Shown piece after piece: positions 19,862 through 29,474 of a DNA stretch of 64,000 nucleotides. Below the pieces are notes generated by a model, which was not told the DNA's origin, did no database searches, and was given only the letters and a program-made list of their open reading frames with translations. Position numbers and translations under genes: made by a program. The stretch covers positions 640,001 through 704,000 of the forward strand of contig CAXXGI010000002.1 of the NCBI GenBank assembly GCA_963674695.2. Direction: 5' to 3'. Each line of letters opens with the position of its first letter. The stretch's first letter is position 1. This stretch comes from a bacterium (GTDB lineage Bacteria; UBA10199; 2-02-FULL-44-16; JAAZCA01).

Positions 19862-20275
19862 ATGCCGATTTCCTTGGAAAAACAGCGACAGCTGAAGATA
19901 TGGCTCGCGCGCCTGGGCGTGCGCGAGCGTGATCTCGAAGAGCAGTTCATTCGTTCCAGCGGTGCCGGCGGCCAGAACGTCAATAAGGTCGCCACCTGTG
20001 TTCGGCTCAAGCATATCCCCACCGGAATCGAAGTGAAGTGTCAGCAGACGCGCATGCAGGTGCTCAACCGCTACTATGCGCGTGCGACCCTCGCCGAGAA
20101 ACTCGAACGTATTCAGTTGGGAAAGAAGAGTGCGGCCGAGCAGAAACGCTGGAAGGTGCGCAAGCAGAAGGCGCGACGCTCGAAGAAGGCCAAGGAAAAG
20201 GTCCTAGAATCAAAACGCCGACAATCCGAAAAAAAACGTTCCCGCAAGAGACCCTCCTCATCGGATGATGCCTAG
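19862..20275 (+). CDS. arfB: Peptide chain release factor-like ribosome rescue factor (ArfB/YaeJ type)
   Basis: [12 protein letters not shown] (GGQ), 137 aa, highly basic C-terminal tail. Confidence 0.8.
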   Translation: MPISLEKQRQLKIWLARLGVRERDLEEQFIRSSGAGGQNVNKVATCVRLKHIPTGIEVKCQQTRMQVLNRYYARATLAEKLERIQLGKKSAAEQKRWKVRKQKARRSKKAKEKVLESKRRQSEKKRSRKRPSSSDDA

Positions 20276-20283
20276 AGGAATCT

Positions 20284-22983
20284 TTACGGCATCAATGCGG
20301 CCGCGCCCAGGCCCGGGGCGAACATCTCCGGTGATACGCCGACGGCGGTTTCGGTGCCGATCTCCATGCCCATCATCGGGTCGAGCATCGGATCGGTCGG
20401 CATCATCGCCGCATCGTAATCCTCATTCACCATGAAGACCGCGCCCTGATCGATGGCTTCATGCGTTGGGATCACGAGCGGCTCTCCCCCGACCATCGTG
20501 ACGATACCGCCGGCGGTTGCATCGAGCGCATCGAAGGCCTGGCTCTGCATGCCGCCCGTTGGATCGGAAACGGGGGTGTTTCCATTCGAGGAAACGGGGG
20601 TTCCACCGCTCGATTCGGAGCCATCGGGATTATTGAGCTTGAGCGTTTCATCCGGAAGGGAGAGTGCGAAGGTGCTGCCCTTTCCGAAGGTCGATTTGAG
20701 CTCGATCTGCCATCCCTGTTCCTGCGTGAGGTGGGCGACGTTATAGAGACCCAGACCATCGCCGCGCACATTCTTTTTGCGTCGTTCGCGGAAATTGGGT
20801 TGGAAGACATCGCCCGTTTTGATGATGCCGATGCCGTTGTCTTCGACGGTGATCTGATACGCGCGGTCGGTGCGAGCGATATCGACGGAGACGAAGAGCG
20901 CTCCCTTTTCGGCGTTATCGGTGTCGGCATATTTGATGGCATTGGCGATGAGCTCATAGACGATGCGCAGCAGCGCATACTGTTTCTCCTGCGGAATGAC
21001 GATTTCCCCGATCCCGTCGATGTTCACGCGCAGATCGATATTCGATTCGGCGGCGTTCGCATTGGACAGCCGCGTTGCCAGCTCGACGTTCGAGGCGAGA
21101 AGGCGTGGGTCGAGGTTGCGCAGCTTGTTGAGCTCCGTTTTCCATTTTTCGATCGGCGTGCCGCGGGTGGCGACCTCGAGGTATCCGAGAAATGCGCTCA
21201 GGATGTTTTGGATGTCGTGGCCGAATCCGCGCGATTCGTTGATGATCTCTTCCCATGCCTGCAGATTTTCACGGTAACTCTCCGGGATCGATTGATGATG
21301 GGGGACGTTGGGTCTTTCTGAAGCGGACATCGCATCGAGTGCAGCGATCTCTTCGTCCGTCGGCGGGAAGAGACGATTGACCGATGTGGTGATGCTGGAG
21401 GAAACGCTCTGACGGATGGTGCTGAGGGCTGCGAGCTTCGTGAGATATTGCCGGGTCTGTGCAAAGAGCTCTTCGAGGCGTGCCCTGGCCTGCTCCTTCT
21501 GGCCCTGCTCGATCAGGGATACGATTTTCGGAATGGCGTTGATCGCCGCCGGCATTACCTCTTCGATGAAACGACGTTCAACCCGATCGACCGACGCGCG
21601 ATAGGCTTCCCGTATGCCTTGGTCGCGCAGGACGCGGCCGAAGAGCTGTGCCTGCGCATGGTCGCCGATCGCCGCGCGATCGAGTGTGCGCGCGATGGCC
21701 TCCTGCGTGTATGCATCCTCGAGATTGGCGCTCTTCTGCAGGCGATCGCGGACGATCGTGTCGAGGGCCTCGGGGGAGATGATCTCCTTGAGGCGCGCGA
21801 TGGTATAACCGAATTCAGGATTGAAGGCGCTGCCCAGGTGCTGGGCCAACCGCTCGATCGTTTCGCCGCCGATGCGGGCATCATCGTGCGCCATCAGGTT
21901 TTGCTCTGTTAGCTGAGCGATCGCCACGTCTCGATCTGTCGCAGGCGCAGCGGACATATCGGAGGCCTGGTCATAGACGGTGGTGGAATCGAGCGGATCG
22001 CTGTAGGCGCCGTCTCCCTCTTCCACCGGATAATCATCGTATACGGTGCCATCCGTGTCGGTCGTCGTCTCCGGCAGCGGTGCGGTGTTTTCCGGTAGCG
22101 ATTTGTCCCAGACGCGTATGCCACGCCAGATGCCCTTGACGAAGGACATGATGCGTCCGGACGGTTTCTTCGGATTGCCCTGGGCGTCGATGTTGCTGCG
22201 GGCCAGCTTCCAGGCCATCCGGAAGTTGTTCACGAAACGGCGCAGGACGCCGGTGACATAAAGTCCGAGGACGGTCATGGGGATGCCGAGGATCTTCGCC
22301 CAGAACCAGCCGAGGTCGTCTTTGGTCTTGCGATAGCGCTCGACCACTTCCGTGCAGTCGCGGTTGGTCCGCTTGAGTCCCACGACGTCGTCGACGATGC
22401 AGATCTGTTTGACCGCCTGCCGCAGTTTCGAGAGACGATCCTGGATCTCGGGTTGGAATTTCGGGTCGTTCTTTTCGATCAGCCCCTTGATCGCGTGAAA
22501 CTCGCGTTTGAACATCTTGGCCATCTCCCGAAAGCGCGCATCGAGCTCGGGCATGTGCGTGGTCTTTTCGATGATCCCCACGATTTCGTTTTCCGATGGG
22601 ATGCGGATCTCCGCGATCGGTTTTTCATTGCGCGCGGCGGCACTTAGATCGTCGATCACCGCCGTGAGTTCCTGGATCGATTCCCCGGACAGTTCCTTGC
22701 AATAGCCGGCGCTGTTGGCCAGAATTGCGTCCTCCTTGAACGGACCGCAGAAGAGGTATTGATCGGATTCATATGTGGGGAGGTATTCCAGGTACTGCCC
22801 CGAGAGGCTGAAGAAACGGTCGGTGCGAAAATAGGCGTTCAGATTGATGGGTTTGGGATCGCGCTCGGTATTGCAGGCGGGGTGCTGCCGCCAGTTCCCC
22901 TCTTGGCTCCCGCAGAAATAGGGTTGAATTTCCTGTTGCAGCTTCGATCCGAGCGTTCCCAGGACATGCGACGTGTCACCCAT
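20284..22983 (-). CDS. Large orphan-like protein with a histidine kinase (HisKA/HATPase_c) core
   Basis: HDIQNIL (H box), ELIANAIKY (N), EDNGIG (G1), GDGLGL (G2), GKGSTF; one TM helix; low-complexity tail. Confidence 0.8.
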   Translation of the reverse strand: MGDTSHVLGTLGSKLQQEIQPYFCGSQEGNWRQHPACNTERDPKPINLNAYFRTDRFFSLSGQYLEYLPTYESDQYLFCGPFKEDAILANSAGYCKELSGESIQELTAVIDDLSAAARNEKPIAEIRIPSENEIVGIIEKTTHMPELDARFREMAKMFKREFHAIKGLIEKNDPKFQPEIQDRLSKLRQAVKQICIVDDVVGLKRTNRDCTEVVERYRKTKDDLGWFWAKILGIPMTVLGLYVTGVLRRFVNNFRMAWKLARSNIDAQGNPKKPSGRIMSFVKGIWRGIRVWDKSLPENTAPLPETTTDTDGTVYDDYPVEEGDGAYSDPLDSTTVYDQASDMSAAPATDRDVAIAQLTEQNLMAHDDARIGGETIERLAQHLGSAFNPEFGYTIARLKEIISPEALDTIVRDRLQKSANLEDAYTQEAIARTLDRAAIGDHAQAQLFGRVLRDQGIREAYRASVDRVERRFIEEVMPAAINAIPKIVSLIEQGQKEQARARLEELFAQTRQYLTKLAALSTIRQSVSSSITTSVNRLFPPTDEEIAALDAMSASERPNVPHHQSIPESYRENLQAWEEIINESRGFGHDIQNILSAFLGYLEVATRGTPIEKWKTELNKLRNLDPRLLASNVELATRLSNANAAESNIDLRVNIDGIGEIVIPQEKQYALLRIVYELIANAIKYADTDNAEKGALFVSVDIARTDRAYQITVEDNGIGIIKTGDVFQPNFRERRKKNVRGDGLGLYNVAHLTQEQGWQIELKSTFGKGSTFALSLPDETLKLNNPDGSESSGGTPVSSNGNTPVSDPTGGMQSQAFDALDATAGGIVTMVGGEPLVIPTHEAIDQGAVFMVNEDYDAAMMPTDPMLDPMMGMEIGTETAVGVSPEMFAPGLGAAALMP

Positions 22984-23182
22984 AGCGCCTCCTTATGGCA
23001 TATCCTTTTCGCGTCTTGGCCCAAAAAGTTGTGTGATTTCTGAGCCGGGAGGCGGCAATCCCCCTCCGGGCGACATTCACGAGGGAATCGATGAGGAATT
23101 CTTGCTAACCATTTGTAATCTATGGTTTTATTTCGAGCGCCTTCCGGGGCGACCATTTATTTTGGGTTTTTTTGAGACAAAA

Positions 23183-23211
23183 TAAACTTGTCGCCCCTCT
23201 CCAGCCGAAAA
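23183..23211 (+). promoter_or_regulatory. FliA/sigma28-like promoter
   Basis: TAAACTTG-N13-GCCGAAAA; same layout as 24571-24599. Confidence 0.5.
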
Positions 23212-23238
23212 CAATGGTGTGGGGATTGGAGGTTTTCA

Positions 23239-24351
23239 ATGAAGCGTTTTCTCTCGATCATGGTCTTCGGCATCGTTGCCATGGGACTCGTCGCCTCCGC
23301 ACAGGCGGGGCGGTGTACGGGATTCGGCGTGATCGAAAAACCGAACTATCTCTATTACAGCATCGGCGTGGACGATGCGGAACCCACGCATTATATTAGC
23401 GGCGAACTCGTCGATGATGCGGGCGAGTCCTGTTCGACCCGTGAGAACGACACAATCTATGTTTTTTTGAGCACGGATTCATCCGGGCTAGATGTTGCTC
23501 TGGTTGAATGTGATCACGATGCGGGAAAAATTCTCTGTGCACACACGGGGCCGATCATGATTGATGGCGAAGAGTATGCATTCGATGATGAGAGCTTGAA
23601 GTATCGTCTGGCCTATTGGCGGCCAGGTGACGCTTGGCTCGATGATCAGGAGTTTGATCTCAGCGACATCGACGTGAATGCAGAGATCGCGCAGGGGCTC
23701 CTCATCCTCTCAGCCGTCACGACGATGCCGTACAAAATCGCGCATGGTCTGGATATCGGTGTCAATCAGTCCTGCATGGAGAAGGATGTGGCCGAGAGGA
23801 GCGGCGATCGCGACTGCGACTTCAGGTTGGACGGCAACGACAACTGTCCGGACGTGGCCAACGCCAGTCAGCACAACATCGACGGCGACACTCTGGGCGA
23901 TGCCTGCGACCCCGACATGGACGGCGACGGAAAACTCAACGACGCCGACAACTGCGTGCGCGTGCCCAATCCCGATCAGGCCGATACGGATGAAGACGGC
24001 ATCGGCGATGCCTGCGAACACGATCGCGACGGCGATGGCGTGGACGACAACGACGACAACTGCAAGAGCATCCCCAACTGGCAGCAGATCGATAGTGACG
24101 GCGACGGCATCGGCGATGCCTGCGACACCGACGAGGCACCGGACATCGGCGACGATGATGACGACGACGACGATGTCCCCGGCGGGAGCATCAACAAGGG
24201 CGTTGGTGGAATCGATCCATCGGGCATCATCCCCCTCGACGAAGCCGGCGGCGGCTGTTCGCTCACCGCGAGCGCCGCGCCCGGCTTCGGCAGCTTCGCC
24301 TGCTTCCTGATGGGCCTTGCAGGCCTCATCGTCCGCCGCCACACACGATAG
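23239..24351 (+). CDS. Secreted thrombospondin type-3 repeat protein with a MYXO-CTERM-like anchor
   Basis: Signal peptide; repeated DNC..N..Q.D.D.DG.GDAC; C-terminus GGGCS...TM...RR. Confidence 0.88.
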   Translation: MKRFLSIMVFGIVAMGLVASAQAGRCTGFGVIEKPNYLYYSIGVDDAEPTHYISGELVDDAGESCSTRENDTIYVFLSTDSSGLDVALVECDHDAGKILCAHTGPIMIDGEEYAFDDESLKYRLAYWRPGDAWLDDQEFDLSDIDVNAEIAQGLLILSAVTTMPYKIAHGLDIGVNQSCMEKDVAERSGDRDCDFRLDGNDNCPDVANASQHNIDGDTLGDACDPDMDGDGKLNDADNCVRVPNPDQADTDEDGIGDACEHDRDGDGVDDNDDNCKSIPNWQQIDSDGDGIGDACDTDEAPDIGDDDDDDDDVPGGSINKGVGGIDPSGIIPLDEAGGGCSLTASAAPGFGSFACFLMGLAGLIVRRHTR

Positions 24352-24429
24352 CCCAAATCCGCATTCGTTCCCTCCCCTTTGTAAGCATGCCCTGAGCGGC
24401 GTCGAAGGGGGGAGGGTGGACCATGCGTT

Positions 24430-24498
24430 GTCATCCCCGCGAACGCGGGGATCTCGATGTTTCGTGACAAGCGAGATTCCCGCGTTCGCGGGAATGAC
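24430..24498. repeat. REP-like palindrome
   Basis: GTCATCCCCGCGAACGCGGGGATCTCG...CGAGATTCCCGCGTTCGCGGGAATGAC. Confidence 0.8.
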
Positions 24499-24570
24499 AA
24501 CCGGAGAAAACGCGGCTTTGAAGTCCCTCCTCCCCGGAGGGACATTTTTTTGTGTTTTTTCAATACAAAC

Positions 24571-24599
24571 TAAACTTGGCGCTATGCGTATGCCGATAA
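24571..24599 (+). promoter_or_regulatory. FliA/sigma28-like promoter
   Basis: TAAACTTG-N13-GCCGATAA. Confidence 0.55.
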
Positions 24600-24633
24600 T
24601 AGGAGAGAGAGAACTTCTACAAGGAGCAATCAT

Positions 24634-25986
24634 ATGAAGCGAATCCTCATGATCGGCCTGCTCATCGCCACCGCGCTCATGGTTTGGGTGGGGAGAGCGA
24701 ATGCGCTTTCACAGACAAGCACATACTATACGTTGAGCAATGATATTTGGTGTAACATGAATGCGCAAATGTATCGGCCGAAAGCGGACGATATCACCAT
24801 GCGTTTCTATCAAGGTGAAGAGAATGAAAAGCGCTATTCCGCGGACGTGCAAGTGGATGGTCGATATCATGCGGACAGGAACTATACAGCAATTCAGGGG
24901 ATATATATTTCAGGTTCGGCGTCAAAGGAGGAGTGTGAGGAGTCATCGTCCGGAAGTATTTCAAAGGATTGTTCCTTTCGATTTAATATGTTTCGTCGGG
25001 ATGAAGTGACGATCATTGTTCGTTATGACGGTATCAACCGTAACGTGGGAATAGATTGTGGCTACATGATGGAGCGGACATTTGTTCTTCACGAACCAGA
25101 GACTGATGAGGATGGAGACGCACAGCTTGAACTTCGACCTGTTCAGGGGGTAATGCATACTGTCGCTGCCCTCGAAACCGAAGAGGAAGAGGTCGAAGAA
25201 TTGGCCTTTGAGAGGCTCCCTGGTTATCTCAATCTGAATGCATTTGATGTTGATGAAAACGAGCCGGATGATGGTGTGGAAGTAACCGATCCGGTTGATT
25301 CGGAAGAGGTAGTGCGTATTCCCGAATCAACAACGGAAAACACTGAAGGGCTTGGTGCTGAAGAGGGTGATGACGACGATGATAGCCCCTTTCCTGCGAA
25401 CGGCGGAACTGGTTGTAGCATGACACCGAATGCAAAAAACTCTGTTGGTGTCATTGGCTTGTTCGGCGTATTGGTGTTGGTATTGTTCGTTCGGATGAGT
25501 CGGTGTTCGCGTCGTCACATCCGACAGCTGATTGTGGTAGTTTTGGGGGTAGTCCTTGGTGTTGTTGGCGCTCTTTCTTCAGCACATGCATCCGAAGCTG
25601 TTGTTCGGATGCTCAGCAATGATCCTGCATGTAAACTGATGGCGCTGAAGTCAATTCATCCCCGAGTGGATAAAAATGTGTGGACGTCACCCACGGATCC
25701 GAGCCAAGTGAAGGTGGAAGTGAGTGCAGTGTCTTATGATATTGATTATGTAAAAGATGGATATGAAGATGAAGTAAACATCACGGGTATATACCTTAAC
25801 GGCAACAGTAGGCATGAATGTGAATCAGGTGGGCAGTGTGAGTTTACAGTCAATACGGATATTCATGATGAGGTGACTGTGCTCGTTGGCTATAACTACA
25901 TGGTATGGAAGGATGTGGGGAATCATTCGAGGCAGCTTGAAAAAGCCTGTGGCTATGTGGGTAAGCATCGAATCAAACTTAAATAG
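24634..25986 (+). CDS. Surface protein with a duplicated Cys-containing domain, an internal GC-type membrane anchor and a second signal peptide
   Basis: SD AAGGAG, N-terminal signal, internal GGTGCS-TM-RR then TM-AHA; AT-richer than the backbone. Confidence 0.75.
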   Translation: MKRILMIGLLIATALMVWVGRANALSQTSTYYTLSNDIWCNMNAQMYRPKADDITMRFYQGEENEKRYSADVQVDGRYHADRNYTAIQGIYISGSASKEECEESSSGSISKDCSFRFNMFRRDEVTIIVRYDGINRNVGIDCGYMMERTFVLHEPETDEDGDAQLELRPVQGVMHTVAALETEEEEVEELAFERLPGYLNLNAFDVDENEPDDGVEVTDPVDSEEVVRIPESTTENTEGLGAEEGDDDDDSPFPANGGTGCSMTPNAKNSVGVIGLFGVLVLVLFVRMSRCSRRHIRQLIVVVLGVVLGVVGALSSAHASEAVVRMLSNDPACKLMALKSIHPRVDKNVWTSPTDPSQVKVEVSAVSYDIDYVKDGYEDEVNITGIYLNGNSRHECESGGQCEFTVNTDIHDEVTVLVGYNYMVWKDVGNHSRQLEKACGYVGKHRIKLK

Positions 25987-26079
25987 AACGCACTGTAAGG
26001 AACAATTTGCCAACACCCACGCCCCTCCCTCCCCGGAGGGGCGTTTTTGCATGTAAGGCGAGCAGGACGATCAAGACGA

Positions 26080-26219
26080 CCTCGTTGGGACGGTGTTTGC
26101 AGGGGATCTCTTCTTCCATCGCGATCGAAGCCTGGGATGATGCGATGGAAGAAGAAAAAGCCGTCGAGGCGGCACTTGAGCCGAGACGGCGGTCCCCTGC
26201 AAACACCGTCCCAACGAGG
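26080..26219. mobile_element. MITE-like or structured palindromic element
   Basis: Perfect 27-bp inverted repeats (26080-26106 / 26193-26219) enclosing two internal hairpins. Confidence 0.55.
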
Positions 26220-26349
26220 GCGCATCATTGCGCTGAAGCAGCGGAGCGAGGCTCTTGGCTCGCCTTCGTTTTTCAGGGTTTTCGCCTTCCCCTTGCCTTT
26301 TTCCTTCGATCCGCATACAAGGCCCCCTCGATTGGAATATGGTCAATCA

Positions 26350-26457
26350 GGGGCGGTCGGGTCCCATGCGTTTTGGATGCGGCGAACTCCGCCAGGCCCG
26401 GAAGGGAGCAACGGTACCCGATCTTCCGAAAGTGCCGTGGATCAACCTGGCCGTCCC
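26350..26457 (+). ncRNA. ffs: SRP RNA (4.5S)
   Basis: CCGCCAGGCCCGGAAGGGAGCAACGG domain-IV motif, pairing ends, position immediately upstream of dnaX. Confidence 0.92.
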
Positions 26458-26468
26458 TTGTTTTTTTT

Positions 26469-26555
26469 CGTAACTCGTTACTCGTAAATCGTAACTCGTC
26501 GTGTTTTTACGAGTCACGAGTCACGAGTCACGAGTCACGAGTCACGAGACCACGA
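26469..26555. repeat. Heptamer tandem repeats (CGTAACT / GAGTCAC)
   Basis: Degenerate CGTAACT run followed by (ACGAGTC)n running up to the dnaX ATG. Confidence 0.85.
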
Positions 26556-28232
26556 ATGTATCAAGTTCTCGCCCGAAAATATCGTCCACAGACGTTTGCT
26601 GACGTCGTCGGCCAGGAGCACATCACCACCACGCTGAAGAACGCGCTGGCGAGCGGGCGCCTGCATCACGCCTATCTCTTCACCGGCGCGCGCGGCATCG
26701 GCAAGACGACGGTGGCGCGTGTCTTGGCCAAGGCGCTCAACTGCACGGCGGCCAAGGATTTCGAGCCCTGCAACGTCTGCTCCGCTTGCCTGGAGATCAC
26801 CGCGGGGAACTCGCTCGATGTGCAGGAGATCGACGGTGCCTCCAACACCAGCGTCGAAGATGTACGCGAGATCCGCGAACGCGTGAAATTCATGCCGTCG
26901 TCGGGGCGCTACAAGATCTACATCATCGATGAAGTGCACATGCTCTCGACGAGCGCGTTCAATGCGCTCCTCAAGACCTTGGAAGAGCCGCCTGCGCACG
27001 TCGTCTTCATCTTCGCCACGACCGAGGCGCACAAGATCCCCGCGACGATCCTGTCGCGCTGTCAGCGCTACGATTTTCGCCGCATTCCCGCGCCGCTGAT
27101 TGCCGCCACACTCGGGCGCATTGCCGGCGATGAGGGGCTCACCGTCGAAGCGGATGCACTCGCGCTCGTCGCCCGTGAGGCGACCGGCTCCATGCGCGAT
27201 GCCGAATCGCTGCTCGATCAGGCGGTTGCCTTCGCCGGCGGCGCGGTGACGGGAGAGACCATCAAGGCGATGCTCGGTTTTCTCGATCGCAAACTCCTCT
27301 TCGATGCCCTGCGCGCGGTCGTACGCCACGACGCCAAGACGGCCATCGAGGTGCTCGACGAGGTCTATGCCACGGGCGCGGATCTGAGCCGCTTTGCCAC
27401 CGATGTGCTCGAACTGGTGCGTCACCTGTTGGTGGTCGCCGAATGCGGTGGAAAGAGCGCGCCGGTCGATCTCATGGAAGACGAGCGCGCCCTGCTCGAC
27501 GAACTGGCCCGCACCATCGATGGCCCGCGTCTGCATCAGATGTTTTCCCTCTGGTATAGCGTGGCCGACGCGGTCGCACGATCCTCCTTTCCCAAGATGC
27601 TGCTCGAGGTAGGGCTTATCCGGTTGGCGCGCGTGGAACCGGTGAAACCCATCGCCGACATCGTCGCCCGACTCGATGCCGTCATCGGGGCATCGGCACC
27701 GGTGCCCGCCGTTGCGCCTTCAGCGGCGACGCCGTCGGCTTCGCGGCCAACGCCGACACCGCAGACGACACCTCCCGCGAAGGCGGTCGCGCCCGCTGCG
27801 CCTGAGGCCAATCCCAAACCCACGTTCGAGCCAGCGCCCACCGGGGCCGATGCCGATTGCGAACGACGGTGGGATGAATTCATGCGGTGGATCGTCGTGC
27901 AGCGCCCTCGAATTGCCTCGATCATCCAGAACGGCGAGCTCGAAGGTGTGGCCAATGGCGTCGTGCGAATGTCGTTTTCCAATCCGCTCTTCGCCGGCAT
28001 GATCACCGAGGACGATCGCCGTCCCCAGGTGGAGGAACTGCTGGCCACGTTTTTCAAACGCCCCTTTCGTATCGCGGTGGAGCAATCAGCACAGGGGAAT
28101 ACAACGATCTCCGAGCGGCAGCAGAAGAAGGAACTCATGCGCGAGGCCCTGGGGAGCGAAACCGTGCGCAAGGCCGCCGATATTCTCGACGCCAGGGTGT
28201 TCGATGTGAAGGTGGACGATAAAAACGTATAA
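26556..28232 (+). CDS. dnaX: DNA polymerase III subunit gamma/tau
   Basis: YQVLARKYRPQTF, GARGIGKTT, EIDGAS, IDEVHML, SRCQ. Confidence 0.97.
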   Translation: MYQVLARKYRPQTFADVVGQEHITTTLKNALASGRLHHAYLFTGARGIGKTTVARVLAKALNCTAAKDFEPCNVCSACLEITAGNSLDVQEIDGASNTSVEDVREIRERVKFMPSSGRYKIYIIDEVHMLSTSAFNALLKTLEEPPAHVVFIFATTEAHKIPATILSRCQRYDFRRIPAPLIAATLGRIAGDEGLTVEADALALVAREATGSMRDAESLLDQAVAFAGGAVTGETIKAMLGFLDRKLLFDALRAVVRHDAKTAIEVLDEVYATGADLSRFATDVLELVRHLLVVAECGGKSAPVDLMEDERALLDELARTIDGPRLHQMFSLWYSVADAVARSSFPKMLLEVGLIRLARVEPVKPIADIVARLDAVIGASAPVPAVAPSAATPSASRPTPTPQTTPPAKAVAPAAPEANPKPTFEPAPTGADADCERRWDEFMRWIVVQRPRIASIIQNGELEGVANGVVRMSFSNPLFAGMITEDDRRPQVEELLATFFKRPFRIAVEQSAQGNTTISERQQKKELMREALGSETVRKAADILDARVFDVKVDDKNV

Positions 28233-28446
28233 GGCACGAAGGGGGAAGGGCGAAGGGTGAAGGGTGAAGCGATTGTCATCCCGACCGAGTGAAACGAGTG
28301 GAGGGATCTCATGAGATTCCTCGACGGAGTTTACCTTGAGCCCTTCGACTCGTTTCACTCGCTCAGGATAAACTCAGTCGAAGGGCCCGGAATGACACCA
28401 TCACGTCTGACGAGTTACGAGTCACGGCACCAGGAGGGAGTTTTCG

Positions 28447-28770
28447 ATGAAGCTTAATATGAAAGAGATGATGAAGCAGGCGCAGCAGATGCAGACCGAC
28501 ATGGCCAAGAAGCAGGAGGAGCTGGCGGCCAAGACCTTCGAAGCGGCCAGCGGTGGCGGCATGGTGACCGTCGTCGTCAATGGACGACATGAGCTGATTT
28601 CGCTGACCATCGATCCGTCCATCGTCTCTTCCGACGATGTCGAGATGCTGCAGGATCTCATCACCGCCGCGGTCAACGAGGGCTTTCGCAAGGTCTCCGA
28701 GGCGGTGCAGCAGGAGATGAGCGGCATGATGGGGGGCCTCGGCGGCCTCGGCAACCTCTTCGGCGCCTGA
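28447..28770 (+). CDS. ybaB: YbaB/EbfC nucleoid-associated protein
   Basis: MMKQAQQMQ, SGGGMVTV, DVEMLQDLI.AAVN; lies between dnaX and recR. Confidence 0.95.
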   Translation: MKLNMKEMMKQAQQMQTDMAKKQEELAAKTFEAASGGGMVTVVVNGRHELISLTIDPSIVSSDDVEMLQDLITAAVNEGFRKVSEAVQQEMSGMMGGLGGLGNLFGA

Positions 28771-28775
28771 ACGTC

Positions 28776-28855
28776 CGTGACTCGTCACTCGTCAATCGTA
28801 ACTCGTCGTATTTTACGAGTCACGAGTCACGAGTTACGAGTTACGAGTTGCGAGT
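28776..28855. repeat. Heptamer tandem repeats
   Basis: CGTGACT-like run then (ACGAGTY)n abutting the recR ATG. Confidence 0.85.
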
Positions 28856-29443
28856 ATGACTCCTATCGATCGTCTCGTCCATGAACTCGCGAAACTCCCC
28901 GGCATTGGGGAGCGCACGGCCCAGCGCCTTGCCTTTTTCATCCTGCGCCAGCCGGGCGAATATGCGCGCGCGCTCTCTGCCGCGCTCGTCGATGTGAAGG
29001 AAAAGGTGCGTCTCTGTTCCGAATGTATGAACCTGACCGAGACCGATCCCTGCGACACCTGCCGTGATGCGCGGCGCGATGCCTCCATCATCTGCGTGGT
29101 CGAGGAGCCCTCCGACATGCTCGCGGTCGAGCGGTCGCAGAGCTTTCGCGGTCGCTATCACGTTTTGCACGGCGCGCTCTCACCGCTCGACGGCATCGGC
29201 CCCGACGATATCAAGCTCGTCGAACTCCTGCGTCGCCTTGAAGGGGATTCGGTGCGAGAGGTGATCGTGGCCACCAACGCCAACGTCGAGGGCGAGGCCA
29301 CCGCGCTCTATCTGACCAAACTCATCAAACCGACCGGCATTCGCCTTACGCGACTGGCCTCCGGCATCCCCGTCGGCGGCGATCTCGAATACATCGATGC
29401 CTCCACGCTCACCCGAGCCTTCGAAGAACGCCGCGAACTGTAG
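28856..29443 (+). CDS. recR: Recombination mediator RecR
   Basis: LPGIGERTAQRLA, C4 zinc finger, YHVLHG, EGEATA, TRLASG.PVGG. Confidence 0.97.
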   Translation: MTPIDRLVHELAKLPGIGERTAQRLAFFILRQPGEYARALSAALVDVKEKVRLCSECMNLTETDPCDTCRDARRDASIICVVEEPSDMLAVERSQSFRGRYHVLHGALSPLDGIGPDDIKLVELLRRLEGDSVREVIVATNANVEGEATALYLTKLIKPTGIRLTRLASGIPVGGDLEYIDASTLTRAFEERREL

Positions 29444-29474
29444 GGTATCTCACACATTTCGTATTCCAATGAGT

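Noticed and set aside
16881-26300. Prophage or integrative island at tRNA-Ser
   Set aside because: No integrase or phage genes, and no distant direct repeat of the tRNA 3' end seen
26007-26555. N-terminal extension of DnaX in the ORF track
   Set aside because: Covers the palindrome, ffs and heptamer repeats; conserved DnaX begins at ATG 26556
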